Positions 20,301 through 27,633 of a stretch of DNA of 64,000 nucleotides are shown piece by piece. A program made the position numbers and the translations under genes. This DNA comes from a virus. The notes under the pieces were generated by a model. The model did no database searches. It was not told the DNA's origin and saw only the letters and a list, made by a program, of their open reading frames with translations. The stretch lies in IMG/VR virus record IMGVR_UViG_3300020424_000652; one strand, written 5' to 3'. Each line of letters begins with the position of its first letter. Positions within the stretch are counted from its first letter, which is position 1.

Positions 20301-23110
20301 CAACAACGATTACTGTTACAGTGGCAGGAATTGAATCTTTACAAAGTGAATACAGTATTTCAAATGTTGAAGACACAACTAAATCTTATATAAGAAAAAG
20401 AGGAAGAGTAACATTTACAGAACCTCCAGCAAACAATAGTGCGATAGTTATAACTTACAGCAAATCTATTGAAATGTTGCAAGGACAAGATAGAATCAAC
20501 TTATTTTATAATCCTACAACTGGAATGCTTGGTAATGATGTATCACAACTAATGGACGGAATAGATTACGGTGGAGTTGAAGTTAAGAGTTTCACATTTG
20601 GTGCAGGTACTGGTTGGTCAAGTGAACCATACTACACAACAAGTTATGACACATATGATAACACGTATGAAGATGAAGTGTTCACACTTGACGGAAGTAC
20701 TAATCTGTTTACATTGGCTAAACCTTTGGAAAATGGTGTTGTGTACAACGTGTACAAAAATGGTGTTAGAATAGATGACGTAAATTATGATGGAAGTACA
20801 ATTGGTACAACAGGTAATCCAAATGCAGTTATGTTACCAATCACAGGTGCTGGACAAACAACTATACAATTAGATGAAACTAAAGTACCTACTGTTGCTA
20901 ATGATGTAATTGTAATTAGAAAATCTACAAGTGATGGATCATTTATTCCTGATCCAGATGGATATGATACTTTACTTCAAGGTGGAGATCTTGCTTATGC
21001 AACTGCACGTGGTTTAGCGGCAGAAGAAATTGTTGTAGATGGTGATGGTTTTGTAACACCATTGACTTCCAAAGGTCCTGAAGAACTTGTTCCAGGACAG
21101 GTGCTTGATACTTTAGATATAAAGGTTTATGATAGAACAGGTGACGGATCAAGTATATTGCACAGCTACAATTACTTGGGTGACGGTAATAACAAAGAAT
21201 TTGATATTAATTTTGTTCCAATGAGTCAAAAAGATGTTTGGATAAAAGTTAATGGCACAATTTACAGTGATAGTCAATTCAGTGTTGATTATCAAAACAA
21301 AAAAATTAAATTTACAACTGCTCCAGGATTAAATCATCCTGTGCATATTATTACAATGAGCAACAATGGTGAGAAAATACTTGACATTGATACTTTTGTA
21401 GGTGATGGGTCAACAGCACAATTTGTTGTTCCTGTAAAATATAAATCAACTTTAAGTCATTATTTGACAGTAGATGGTGAAACTGTCAACGTAACTTTAG
21501 CAGAAACTGATACAACTTACACAGGACAAAAAGGAATGAGTGTGTTTAAGTTAGGTACTGCTCCGTCCAATGGTGCTGTTATACAATATGCAATATTTGA
21601 TAGTCCAAGTAAAAGTTTCTCACAGATTACAACAGACACATTTACTGGCGATGGAAACACAAAAGCATTTACTTTAGCACAGGCTCCGTTTACACAGGAA
21701 CCTTTAGAACATAATGTTATTGTAAAAGTTGGAAACAATATTTTAAATGCAGGATACAATCAAAGATTTGTTGTAAGTGCTACTAGAGAATACAAACTTA
21801 AAGACTATCAAATACCACAAGCTGGTATAGATGCAAACAAAGTTAGAGTGTTCTTGAATGGGGAAGAGATTACAATTACACAAAGCTGGAGTTGGAATAC
21901 TTTCAATGCCACTGTAAACTTATTCAGTGATGTTGGTGTTGCAGGAGATATTTTAAATGTTTACATAAGAAATGATGGAGATTACGCATTTGGATATTTT
22001 GATAACAATGGACTATGGGTAGCTACTCCTAATCAAATACATTTTGATACTGCACCAGCAAACAGTTCACAGGTAACAGTATATCAATTTAGTAAACATG
22101 ACATTAGAAAAATAGAAAGAATTAACCTTGATGTTGTAACAAGAAATCCAATTACAATAGGCACGGATAATTATGCTGAATATCATCAATTGACAAATGG
22201 AATAATTAAATTACGCAAACTTGCCATTGATGCTGAGTATGTTTGGATAGTTGTCAACGGCACATTGTTGACTCCTAGTGTTGATTACTACTTACAAGAT
22301 GATAGACAGACTGTAAGAATTGTTACAGATATAAATGCAAATGATGTTGTTGAGCTTATACACTTCTCAAACGATGTAATAGTTCCTAAATTTGGATACA
22401 GACAGTTTAAAGATATGTTGAACAGAACACACTTTAAACGTTTAGGAGATGATGTTGAATACACATTAGCGGAAGATTTAAATTGGTATGATACAAAGAT
22501 ATTTGTAACAAATTATGACGATTTACCTACTCCAAACAAAGACAAACAAATTCCAGGCATTGTGTTTATTGGTGGAGAACGCATAGAATATTACTTGAAA
22601 GAAGATGGTGTATTAAGACAGCTTAGAAGAGGAACTCTTGGAACAGGAGTTAAGACTAAACACAACAAAGGAAGTATTGTGTTAGATCAAAGCAGAGAGC
22701 AAACAGTTCCTTACAAAGATGAGATATTGACCTTGAATTTTACTTCAGATGGGTCAACGAAGTCATACACATTAGACTTTGTACCACAAGATCCAGAAGG
22801 ATCAGGTACAGTTATGGATTTAGTTGAAGTATTTGTTGGAGGTAAGAGATTACGTAAAAATTCAGTAAGTTCATTCAATCCAGCAACTAATTTGGATAGT
22901 CCTGAAGCAGATACTACACTTCCAGCAGAATTTAGTATGACAGCAGGCAGTACTACCTTAACATTGACTGAACAACCTCCTATTAACACCAAGATTATGG
23001 TGGTTAGACGTATAGGAAAAAGATGGACTGACCCAGGAACTCCACTAAGATCAGCGGAAAATAACATTGGAAGGTTCTTAAGAAACAAAGAGGTGGCGTT
23101 ACCTAAATAA
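8387..23110 (+). CDS. Giant (4907 aa) virion structural protein, probable baseplate wedge/adhesin (gp7 position) with FG-GAP propeller, CBM5/12-like modules and GDG beta-sandwich repeats
   Basis: Uninterrupted 14.7-kb ORF after gp6. FGxxxxxSxDG...VGAP repeats, W/FxxxxxYxxGDxVxY modules, ITNGGKGY/VTNPGRGY repeats, FxGDGxTxxF repeats, C-terminal ERIEY...LRRGTLGT. Confidence 0.7.
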   Translation: MAYNANQEEYPLPAGDQSKAQHRRTSAEHLPKYFRTAHNKKFLSATLDQLLNPGVAEKISAYYGRRIATARKAADTYVSDVSTEREEYQFEPATVIKDNLNNVTFYKDYNDLKNQIKAFNGTVDDDSKAFRQEYYAWNPHIDWDKFTNFRDYYWLPNGPLSIPVTGQAKGITSTYKVTSIDNLDNKAYVFTPDGKTNNPTLKLYRGQTYKFEVNTPGMPLSFRTARTLDNDYLYSSGISDSTHSTDVGTIEFTVDLLAPDTLYYVNSNDINASGLIQVYDVLENSAIDVEAEILGKKTYKMTNGYEMSNGMKVNFEGTVTPAKYATGSWYVEGVGDEIKLIAEQDVMIPGTYSTSRANPFDSEGFDRSPFSTASAYADAHDYIVQNRSATSRSPWSRYNKWFHKSVLENIATILDEPADINQTGRAARPIIEFDAQLKLYGFGTQAKDDVDLLDTFTADVFSTIEGAIGYNIDGVDVGDNMRILFTADPDTRVAGKIFKVKFITHNNVRQISLIEETDSSPLENECVLVQQGETYKGKMWYYNGTKWLAGQEKTSVNQSPTFDLYDVNGNDFKDATTYPSSTFTGTKLFSYKRGTGANDSVLGFPLTYRALVNTGDIVFDFNLLTDTFTYQQMNATFSGKTDVGLLRRYTDRTTFTYASGWTKGYEESKQLVRRQYIVNTQLNDFAIDVYNRSGDINDLWARVYVNNKAKSSGVDYTINRLNGIAYIRFVNDLAVDDILVIKTKSATVKNSNGVYEIAGNLERNPLNDNIGSFTLGEVNDHVSSIVEMRDDFSGVFPGTGNLRDLGNLSAYGTRFIQSSGPFNLANYHVTSKDANIVHSLRFARKEYGKFRKLFLQTATGLGFDGATKIHFDKVMEELNKSKTNDMPFYFSDMIGYGTFKKSTHVVENTSTQYYALATNFDLTALSNRAVSIYINGVQLIHGTDYKFESAYAGFVTITKTKAINDVIEIFEYENTDGSYIPQTPTKLGLYPKFKPEIFVDNTYQTPTKVIQGHDGSIFVAYNDFRDDLLLELEKRIYNNIKVEYDVDIVNIHDFIGGESRDTGFSRAARDKALLPDFVEWNRAVGDPDYTDFSFWSRTNSFTYNYKNTSSPTQKTNPGYWRAVYKEAYDTDRPHTHPWEILGYSEEPTWWQTVYGAAPYTSENKILWQDIEKGAYRIPNVPMVYNEKYARPNITKHIPVDDGGNLLSPLDSNYAKNYISNRTQEPFVFGDQAPTENAWRRSSEYPFSLVTAWILNQPTKIIGLGLDRSRLKRNLAKEIIYTETSKRLRLKDIVFPNTVSDTERVQTAGLINYVAEYMNSKTVKYYNNYQTDLKSITNQLGLKIGGFTDKAKFKLILDSRTPYNEGNVFVPDENYQIFLNKSSVVDLVPYSGVIIEKVASGFIIKGYDYDNPYFKYITPIELADDPLVSVGGVSEDFVSWTSGQVYSPGFIVKFADEFYMTETLHTAGDSFEQANFVRLSELPVKGGRQAFFRRQWNEGINQQPTELAYGTQIRTIQGVVDFLLGYERYLKSQGFIFENYNKEINEVEDWSLSAKEFMFWTTQNWQANSVITLSPGAINLQFYRKYHVADNLFDNFYGYNLFKADGKKLLQANVNVYRDNDNNLGISTKNTTDGVFAVKVPLVQIEHVCLLDNRTVFSDFIYDLEPGYRQERIKVLGYRTDDWTGGLNIPGFVYDDVNISEWDSWKDYAIGDTVKYKEFYYVAKQKIPGKEVFVDTDWQRLNGAPQSGLQANLDYKAKQFADFYDLDTDNFDTDQQRVAQHLIGYQKRKYLENIINDDVSQYKFYQGFIQDKGTLNSLTKLFDALSNTDNDSVNFYEEWAVRLGQLGSSQSFEEVEYKLDESKFRLSPQPVELVQTVTGDETDLIYRQRPFETYLKPDGYDHSPFPTKYKDDDYIETAGYVNSADVKQTVAKYDDILNLTLTTLNVGDYIWTGTSKTDDWDVLKYVRTNDKVVKVTKNGTTNEVEIQLNNQANYVKDDIIGIVDVADTEKFFKVLRSELDTVFCTDNGETSDVETANGFVTTFTSARVANLEEANTRLFAGEFQVGELLWVDNDSTNRWIVLKNTPQHSELQVISNVETGDSSTNFGKVIGADDRNTTLVVGASESNKVYIFQRTNDNTTYNHAQTLDAPANLYTGDGKFGTGLDISSDAKWIVIGAPNASNAKTKFKGTFASNVSYTEKDIIQYQENFWEAQFPISAAQGTLTFDSFYDPTQLAKSTWTGTAYPEIVYAIRGNYNFNLPTDHILVRAPTVQYEGSAVGDTLVFNWKQYSQNYPNGILPFGSSGPAISELEGNKIIQAKVDAVLYFDNLLRTPQVGDLISTGSAIGTVNAISVQNVNQAVIYISNMNGQFLASDSATLGGVAMGTYTLVEPVNSQASFGGWWKIDVATSFNTTVKTITTPQFVIQDIITQNESKSAEIYYNTMDDVYALNQVTDPTKGGRLGHLSFYNKQGQSDMSPFWFFRGPKAWTDTLNVANTFTMRVNEIRGGAGLTLYDPGVLGLSFTYLNDTLHTVYDLWDGFVDVTFTNFDNNGNPFIPQVGDIIVDQQSGATATVAYLQEQLLDCRLYVKNRSGSFKFGNLHSDTSTIAIKDGVSAGVDRLSGRLDNANMSGSIAGKLVVVKNTDSTMLPVTVPTFRDELEIYVYNNRTVNGVARTPNTPNPLNKDWAQVSALKLDTTGTPSSFTNEGAYFVYERMGTGLYSFQHGYTNPQRESSRFLGTIVKLTKSTQSELYRLFVSAPGNNTTSNSGRIHLVTHGRDTDGTTYEWARSKNYYFKGEFSDSIPYYTNDIVLYNGAFYEAKTNLTAGAWDVTYWTLIDAFIDYIGYLPNDTNLAVTDDSTFEKTNLTNYAHPFAVAKFGDVIATVADFDNSDPKIIIYRFIRGHYGFSQMIPAPVNGIGFGSSIAVSDDGSMVAVGAPLADDRANDNGKVFVYTNNLGTFSLTQTLYSPEKDVAERFGAAIDFNGNDLVVSSKGGDLVTNTTFDNLTTTFDNNLTQFEKVNSDSGQVFMYQQVKNKLLYAEKFNYKNPATERFGEFLLFNENHVYVPMPELSITDDNFIGTLIDFKRTRDIMPWAVLHSPLDQVDLTKFKGVFIYNISENPVARAIDYIDPIQGKIAGAAEEELTFKTHYDPAVYTNGTASPTTVIDSENYWNDKWVGRLWWDLSTAKFVNPYQGNIIYNTANWNKLFTGASIDVYEWVETTLTPTQWAAQADTEEGLTKGISGTPKDTSTFVQIQKFDSVAKSFFNKYYYWVKNTKIIPQVTFRKTSAYDVAQLIQDPAGQGQRFVALYSDSRFGLYNCETLVSGPENAINFRYWTIENKEINTHNQYQLITEGLDTSRPNRDLERKWYDSLIGVDTNERPVPDTVLSPKQAYGILDRPRQSMFKNKTEALKQTIERANRVLLQNLIVDEYNLTQFLSKDPTPTLLSRKYDKAIDTYAEIGLVGVSNVIPAVLTPVFVNGKLTRVDITNGGKGYITVPTYEFGNVGNGTDAEITLTMDANGTITSATVKNEGQDYGPNTTLEVRKYSVLVRTDESVNSRWSIYAYQSVSKTWSRTTSSAYDVTQWWSYTDWYDVGYSEFTEVDYLIDYSYELDSLTDQVGDIVKISTIGSGGWLLLEKISNDGSDYTTKYKTVGRENGTIRLSNSLYDSANSNIGYDGLSYDTSFYDNQPTRELRIILESLRDDIFINDLAVEYNKMFFASVRYAFSEQANIDWAFKTSFIKAKHNAGDLQQKVNFQNDNLPSYEDFVKETKPYKTKIREYVSNYTKTELTNSGVTDFDIPPAYSINDGKIVPASLKVNNDLIVGQDASITTYPNKYWADNVGFEVLRVNIKNGGTQYLETPLVKFVGGGGSGAVAKATLGTNGTIKYITVTNPGRGYLSAPTVTIEGTQDTSGIPAVVSAQLGNSKVRSNHIVSKFDRVTGTFLITTLTEVENFTGTGSQTIFDLKFPMDLRTTTITVTVAGIESLQSEYSISNVEDTTKSYIRKRGRVTFTEPPANNSAIVITYSKSIEMLQGQDRINLFYNPTTGMLGNDVSQLMDGIDYGGVEVKSFTFGAGTGWSSEPYYTTSYDTYDNTYEDEVFTLDGSTNLFTLAKPLENGVVYNVYKNGVRIDDVNYDGSTIGTTGNPNAVMLPITGAGQTTIQLDETKVPTVANDVIVIRKSTSDGSFIPDPDGYDTLLQGGDLAYATARGLAAEEIVVDGDGFVTPLTSKGPEELVPGQVLDTLDIKVYDRTGDGSSILHSYNYLGDGNNKEFDINFVPMSQKDVWIKVNGTIYSDSQFSVDYQNKKIKFTTAPGLNHPVHIITMSNNGEKILDIDTFVGDGSTAQFVVPVKYKSTLSHYLTVDGETVNVTLAETDTTYTGQKGMSVFKLGTAPSNGAVIQYAIFDSPSKSFSQITTDTFTGDGNTKAFTLAQAPFTQEPLEHNVIVKVGNNILNAGYNQRFVVSATREYKLKDYQIPQAGIDANKVRVFLNGEEITITQSWSWNTFNATVNLFSDVGVAGDILNVYIRNDGDYAFGYFDNNGLWVATPNQIHFDTAPANSSQVTVYQFSKHDIRKIERINLDVVTRNPITIGTDNYAEYHQLTNGIIKLRKLAIDAEYVWIVVNGTLLTPSVDYYLQDDRQTVRIVTDINANDVVELIHFSNDVIVPKFGYRQFKDMLNRTHFKRLGDDVEYTLAEDLNWYDTKIFVTNYDDLPTPNKDKQIPGIVFIGGERIEYYLKEDGVLRQLRRGTLGTGVKTKHNKGSIVLDQSREQTVPYKDEILTLNFTSDGSTKSYTLDFVPQDPEGSGTVMDLVEVFVGGKRLRKNSVSSFNPATNLDSPEADTTLPAEFSMTAGSTTLTLTEQPPINTKIMVVRRIGKRWTDPGTPLRSAENNIGRFLRNKEVALPK

Positions 23111-23113
23111 ATA
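23104..23113 (+). promoter_or_regulatory. Late promoter core (TAAATAAATA)
   Basis: Overlaps the giant-gene stop; AGGA RBS and ATG at 23132 follow. Confidence 0.6.
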
Positions 23114-23131
23114 CACTTGTAGGATATTAAT

Positions 23132-23746
23132 ATGATAGACAATTTTAATGACAAATCAGGAGTTCTTTTGCAAGGACACATAAAGATACACAATCCAGAA
23201 TCTGGAGAAATTCTGGTTGATAAACGTAATGCTATTCACTATGAAAACATGAGTATTTCATTAGCTGAATCATTAGCAAACCAAGGGCAAGGAATGGTAT
23301 ATTCAATGGCTTTTGGTAATGGTGGAACATCCGTCGATCCAACGGGTATAATTACATACCTTTCACCCAACTCAACAGGAACAAATGCTAGTTTATACAA
23401 CCAAACATACACTAAAGTAATTGACGATAATTCAATCAACAACACAGATCCTACAAGAAACAAGATTGAAACACGTCACGTTAGTGGTACAAACTACACA
23501 GATATCATTGCAACTTGTTTGCTTGATTACGGTGAACCTTCAGGACAAGATGCATTAGACAATGCAACAGGTTCAGACAGTTTATATGTGTTTGACGAAC
23601 TAGGTTTAGTAAGTTATGCAACATCAGGTACAGGTAGATTACTTACACACGTAATATTTCACCCAGTACAAAAAAGTTTAAACAGATTAATTCAAATAGA
23701 CTACACAGTTAGAGTACAAAGTTTAACTGGTTTTAACGAGGCGTAA
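23132..23746 (+). CDS. Putative baseplate/fibre-attachment structural protein
   Basis: 204 aa between the giant wedge gene and fibre genes; MAFGNGG and FDELGL...THVIFHPVQKS...IDYTVR pattern like baseplate-associated proteins. Confidence 0.5.
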   Translation: MIDNFNDKSGVLLQGHIKIHNPESGEILVDKRNAIHYENMSISLAESLANQGQGMVYSMAFGNGGTSVDPTGIITYLSPNSTGTNASLYNQTYTKVIDDNSINNTDPTRNKIETRHVSGTNYTDIIATCLLDYGEPSGQDALDNATGSDSLYVFDELGLVSYATSGTGRLLTHVIFHPVQKSLNRLIQIDYTVRVQSLTGFNEA

Positions 23747-23749
23747 TAG

Positions 23750-25783
23750 ATGGCTTATACTGTAAATTATACAGACGTTGCTAATAAAGGTAGCATTAGT
23801 GTTGAAGATAATACTATCAACCAACAAACATCTCTGTCCATACCAGGCAGAAATACCACAGCATACGGAACAGCCATTGCAGAAAACTTTTTACATCTTT
23901 TAGAAAATTTTACAAACAGCACAGCACCAGGTAATCCAGTTGAAGGACAACTTTGGTATGATAACACACCAGGCGTTGATCAATTAAAATTATATGATGG
24001 AACAACTTGGATAAGTGCTTCAGGACTTAAGAAAGCAACCAACGCCCCAGGCGCCGCACAATCAGTGACAGGTGACCTTTGGGTAGACACTGACAATCAA
24101 CAATTATATTTGTACACAGGTTCGGGTTGGGTGTTAGTTGGTCCTTCATTCAGTGATGGACTTTCAACAGGAGTAAGAGCAACTTCTATTACAGGAACAA
24201 ATAATGTTGCATACACTTGTTTGATAGTTGAAGTTAGTGCAAAAACTTTAGCAATATATTCAACAGCAACATTTACACCTAAAACAACTATACAAGGTTT
24301 CACAACAATTAATCCAGGATTTAATTTAAGCACAGCAGACATCACAGGCTCTGGTGCAGGAAAATATTATGGAGTAGCTGAAAAGGCCGAAGCACTTGTG
24401 ATTGGAAATGAAACTATTCCAGCAACAAATTTTATACGTAATGATGCATTATCACAAAGTTTATATCCTATCACAGTAAAAAACAACGGTGGTATCACAG
24501 TTGGTGCTTCAAGTTTTATGACAGTAGGTGTTGAAGGACAAGCAGGAATAATTAGTCACCAAACTTCAGGATCAAACATTGATATCAGAGTAAACAACAA
24601 TGGTACTACTGAAACAGTAATGAGAATAGATTCAACTTCAAAAGTTGGAATAAACAATTTATCTCCAGATCAAGCATTAGATGTTACAGGTAACATACAA
24701 GTTTCTAATTCAATGCTTGTAGATGGAACAACTGATGCCACTACAATCAATACAGGAAGTTTAATTACAAAAGGTGGTGTAGGAATTGCCAAAAGATTAT
24801 TTGTTGGAAGTGATGCCAATGTAGCAGGATTAACAACAACAGGAAATATTGTACCTAATGCAACAACCACAAGGAATTTAGGAACACAAAACGAACAATG
24901 GTTAAATGTATATGCACAAAACTTTGTAGGTAACCTTACAGGTAACGTAACAGGTACGGTATCAGGACGTTCAGGATCTACAGATAAACTTGCAAGTGCA
25001 ACTACATTTAAAATGACAGGAGATGTAACAGCACCAGACTTTACATTTGACGGACAAGATTCTGCAACAAAAACTTTTACAACAAGTATTTCAAATGCTT
25101 TTATTAGTAACAAAGCAGAAGTTTCAAGTTCAGTATCAACAGATGAATTATTAATTAACAGAACATCTGGTGATACAGGCGTTTATAAAATATCAAGAAC
25201 AAACTTGTTCAAAGCTATTCCTACTTTACCAGTTGGTATGATTACACCATACGGTGGAATTACTGAACCAACTAATTGGTTATTTTGTTATGGACAAGAA
25301 GTTAATATTGCTGACTATCAAAATTTATTTAATGTAATAGGATATCAGTTTAAAGACCAGTCATTGGTATCAGCAGGAAAATTTGCTATTCCTGATTTTA
25401 GAGGCAGAATGCCACTAGGTAAAGATAACATGGGTGGCGGAAGTGCAAACGTTGTTACTGATTCATCAGCTGACACAGTAGGTAGTGTAAACGGACAACA
25501 AACACAAACATTATCAACAAGCAATCTTCCAGAACACGAACACGATTTAAGAGGACCAAGTGGAGACCAGTATTACACAATTAGAGATATATCTGGAACT
25601 CCAAATGATTCACAGGGTATAACTTATGATGCTCCAACAGGCACAGGAGCAGGCCAGGCATATCCTACTTCAGGTGGTGTGTTGACTAACAGTAGTTTAG
25701 GTAATTCATTTAATATTATGAATCCTTACATGACTGTGAACTACATAATTTACGCAGGGGAAAACACATTTCTAGCAAGTTAA
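23750..25783 (+). CDS. Tail fibre with tail-collar domain (short-fibre/gp12-like)
   Basis: C-terminal collar motif LPVGMITPYGG...WLFCYGQ...LFNVIG...FAIPDFRGRMPLG and tip LPEHEH...NPYMTVNYII; N-terminus shared with the next two genes. Confidence 0.8.
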   Translation: MAYTVNYTDVANKGSISVEDNTINQQTSLSIPGRNTTAYGTAIAENFLHLLENFTNSTAPGNPVEGQLWYDNTPGVDQLKLYDGTTWISASGLKKATNAPGAAQSVTGDLWVDTDNQQLYLYTGSGWVLVGPSFSDGLSTGVRATSITGTNNVAYTCLIVEVSAKTLAIYSTATFTPKTTIQGFTTINPGFNLSTADITGSGAGKYYGVAEKAEALVIGNETIPATNFIRNDALSQSLYPITVKNNGGITVGASSFMTVGVEGQAGIISHQTSGSNIDIRVNNNGTTETVMRIDSTSKVGINNLSPDQALDVTGNIQVSNSMLVDGTTDATTINTGSLITKGGVGIAKRLFVGSDANVAGLTTTGNIVPNATTTRNLGTQNEQWLNVYAQNFVGNLTGNVTGTVSGRSGSTDKLASATTFKMTGDVTAPDFTFDGQDSATKTFTTSISNAFISNKAEVSSSVSTDELLINRTSGDTGVYKISRTNLFKAIPTLPVGMITPYGGITEPTNWLFCYGQEVNIADYQNLFNVIGYQFKDQSLVSAGKFAIPDFRGRMPLGKDNMGGGSANVVTDSSADTVGSVNGQQTQTLSTSNLPEHEHDLRGPSGDQYYTIRDISGTPNDSQGITYDAPTGTGAGQAYPTSGGVLTNSSLGNSFNIMNPYMTVNYIIYAGENTFLAS

Positions 25784-25792
25784 GGATAAACT

Positions 25793-27604
25793 ATGGGATA
25801 TAAATTAAACAAGACAGACGGAACATTATTAGTAGATTTAGTTGACGGACAATTAGATACCACTACTACTTCCATCGGTCTGATTGGAAAAAATTATACA
25901 GGATTTGGTGAAACCCTAAACGAAAACATGATCAAGATGTTGGAGAATTTTGCCAACACATCAGCACCATCTGTTCCATTGAAAGGACAGCTTTGGTATG
26001 ATACTGCATCAGCAAGAATAAAAGTTTATGATGGCACTTCATTTAAAGAAAGTGGAGGTCCTATTGTGTCTACTTCACAACCTAACAACATGGTGTCAGG
26101 AGATTTATGGTTAAACAGTTTAACAAATCAATTATACTTTTATGATGGAACTGATCTAACTTTAGCAGGACCAGTATACACAGCACAGCAAGGTAAATCA
26201 GGATTTGAAACTGTCACAGCATTAGATACACAAAACAATAGTAAAACAACTGTAAGATTTTTTATAGGTGGCACACTTGTAGGAGTTTTTGCAAACGAAG
26301 AATTTACTCCAGCAGTAGGATACACAGTTCCAGGAATAACTGGAAATATCAAAAAAGGTTTTAACTTAATAGATGGTGTAAACTTTGTATACAGAGGCAC
26401 AGCAGATTCGGCCTTGTCATTAACAGATAGCCAAGGAAATACAAGAACACCAGCACAGCTTTTACCAGCAGATTCAAATGGTGTAACAATAGGAACTTTG
26501 ACAGTAAGTAACTCAGGTGGACTTACAATAGGAACAGCACAAAACAACATACAAAAAATTGTTGGTACAAGTTATGTTACAGAAAATCAACTTTCAAATC
26601 ATGATTGGAAAGTAAGAGTTAGAAAAACTACAGGTTACGTTGATGCAATCGTTGTTGATACTGATCTATCTAATGTAGGAATATTTAAGTCACAGCCATT
26701 ACATACTTTACACGTTGGTGGAGATGTTAAAGTTGACGGACAATTAATTGTTACTGGTACAACTACAAGCATTGATACACAAAATTTAAGAGTTGAAGAC
26801 AAGAATATAGAACTTGCAATACAATCAGACAGTACTGTAGGCAACAATGCCGCAGTAGATGGTGGTGGTATTATTTTAAAATCATCAGACTTAGACAAAG
26901 AATTTGTTTGGAGAAACAATACCCAATCTTGGACATCAAGTGAAAACATTGATCTTGCCGCAACTAAAGGTTTCAAGGTCAACGGAAACGAAGTGTTAAA
27001 TGAGACAGCTTTAGGATCACAGGTTACAAGTGCATTAGGTTTAACACAGATAGGTACACTTACAACTTTAAGTGTAGATAATATTACTTTAAATGATTAT
27101 GCCATATCAACATCAGGTGGTGGATTGCAGATCACAAGTGATGGTACTATTACAATCACTAACAATCAAAAGATTACAGGACTTGCAAATCCAACTACTG
27201 ATACTGATGCTTCTAACAAGTTTTACGTTGATGATTCAATTGACAATGAGCCAGTAATTGTTCCATTGGATATTACAGGACTTACAAACGCCAATATTGC
27301 AACAATTATTGAAGACATTTATCCAGCGGCAAATAAGAAAAATGGATCATATGCTTATGTTCCAACATCAACATTAACTGGTGCAACAGTTAGTGGTATT
27401 GATGTAAACTCTGTTGCTAACAAATCTTTCATAGCAGTTGATGCCAATGGTGTGCAAAATCAGAGTGTTTTGCAAGATATTGCGTTTAATAATGCATCAG
27501 GTACAGTTAGTTCATCTGTTGCTAGAGGCCTTAAAAGGTATAAAGTACAAGCAGGAGTATGGGTATTTGACACAGATCTAGGTAGTAGCGGCGGACTGTG
27601 GTAA
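25793..27604 (+). CDS. Tail fibre-like structural protein (paralogue)
   Basis: Shared N-terminal LIGKNYTGFGE..NEN...LENF...GQLWYD...KVYDG; beta-rich body with ITGLANPTTDTDASNKFYVD fibre motif. Confidence 0.7.
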   Translation: MGYKLNKTDGTLLVDLVDGQLDTTTTSIGLIGKNYTGFGETLNENMIKMLENFANTSAPSVPLKGQLWYDTASARIKVYDGTSFKESGGPIVSTSQPNNMVSGDLWLNSLTNQLYFYDGTDLTLAGPVYTAQQGKSGFETVTALDTQNNSKTTVRFFIGGTLVGVFANEEFTPAVGYTVPGITGNIKKGFNLIDGVNFVYRGTADSALSLTDSQGNTRTPAQLLPADSNGVTIGTLTVSNSGGLTIGTAQNNIQKIVGTSYVTENQLSNHDWKVRVRKTTGYVDAIVVDTDLSNVGIFKSQPLHTLHVGGDVKVDGQLIVTGTTTSIDTQNLRVEDKNIELAIQSDSTVGNNAAVDGGGIILKSSDLDKEFVWRNNTQSWTSSENIDLAATKGFKVNGNEVLNETALGSQVTSALGLTQIGTLTTLSVDNITLNDYAISTSGGGLQITSDGTITITNNQKITGLANPTTDTDASNKFYVDDSIDNEPVIVPLDITGLTNANIATIIEDIYPAANKKNGSYAYVPTSTLTGATVSGIDVNSVANKSFIAVDANGVQNQSVLQDIAFNNASGTVSSSVARGLKRYKVQAGVWVFDTDLGSSGGLW

Positions 27605-27608
27605 AAGA

Positions 27609-27614
27609 TAAATA
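27609..27614 (+). promoter_or_regulatory. Late promoter core (ATAAATA)
   Basis: Intergenic TAAATA, GGGG RBS, ATG at 27634. Confidence 0.6.
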
Positions 27615-27633
27615 GTTACATAGGGGTTATAGA

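Noticed and set aside
8387-23110. Intein, intron or stop-codon read-through as the cause of the giant ORF
   Set aside because: No intein splice or homing-endonuclease motifs recognised; TAA, TAG and TGA all end genes normally in this window, so no recoding is indicated.
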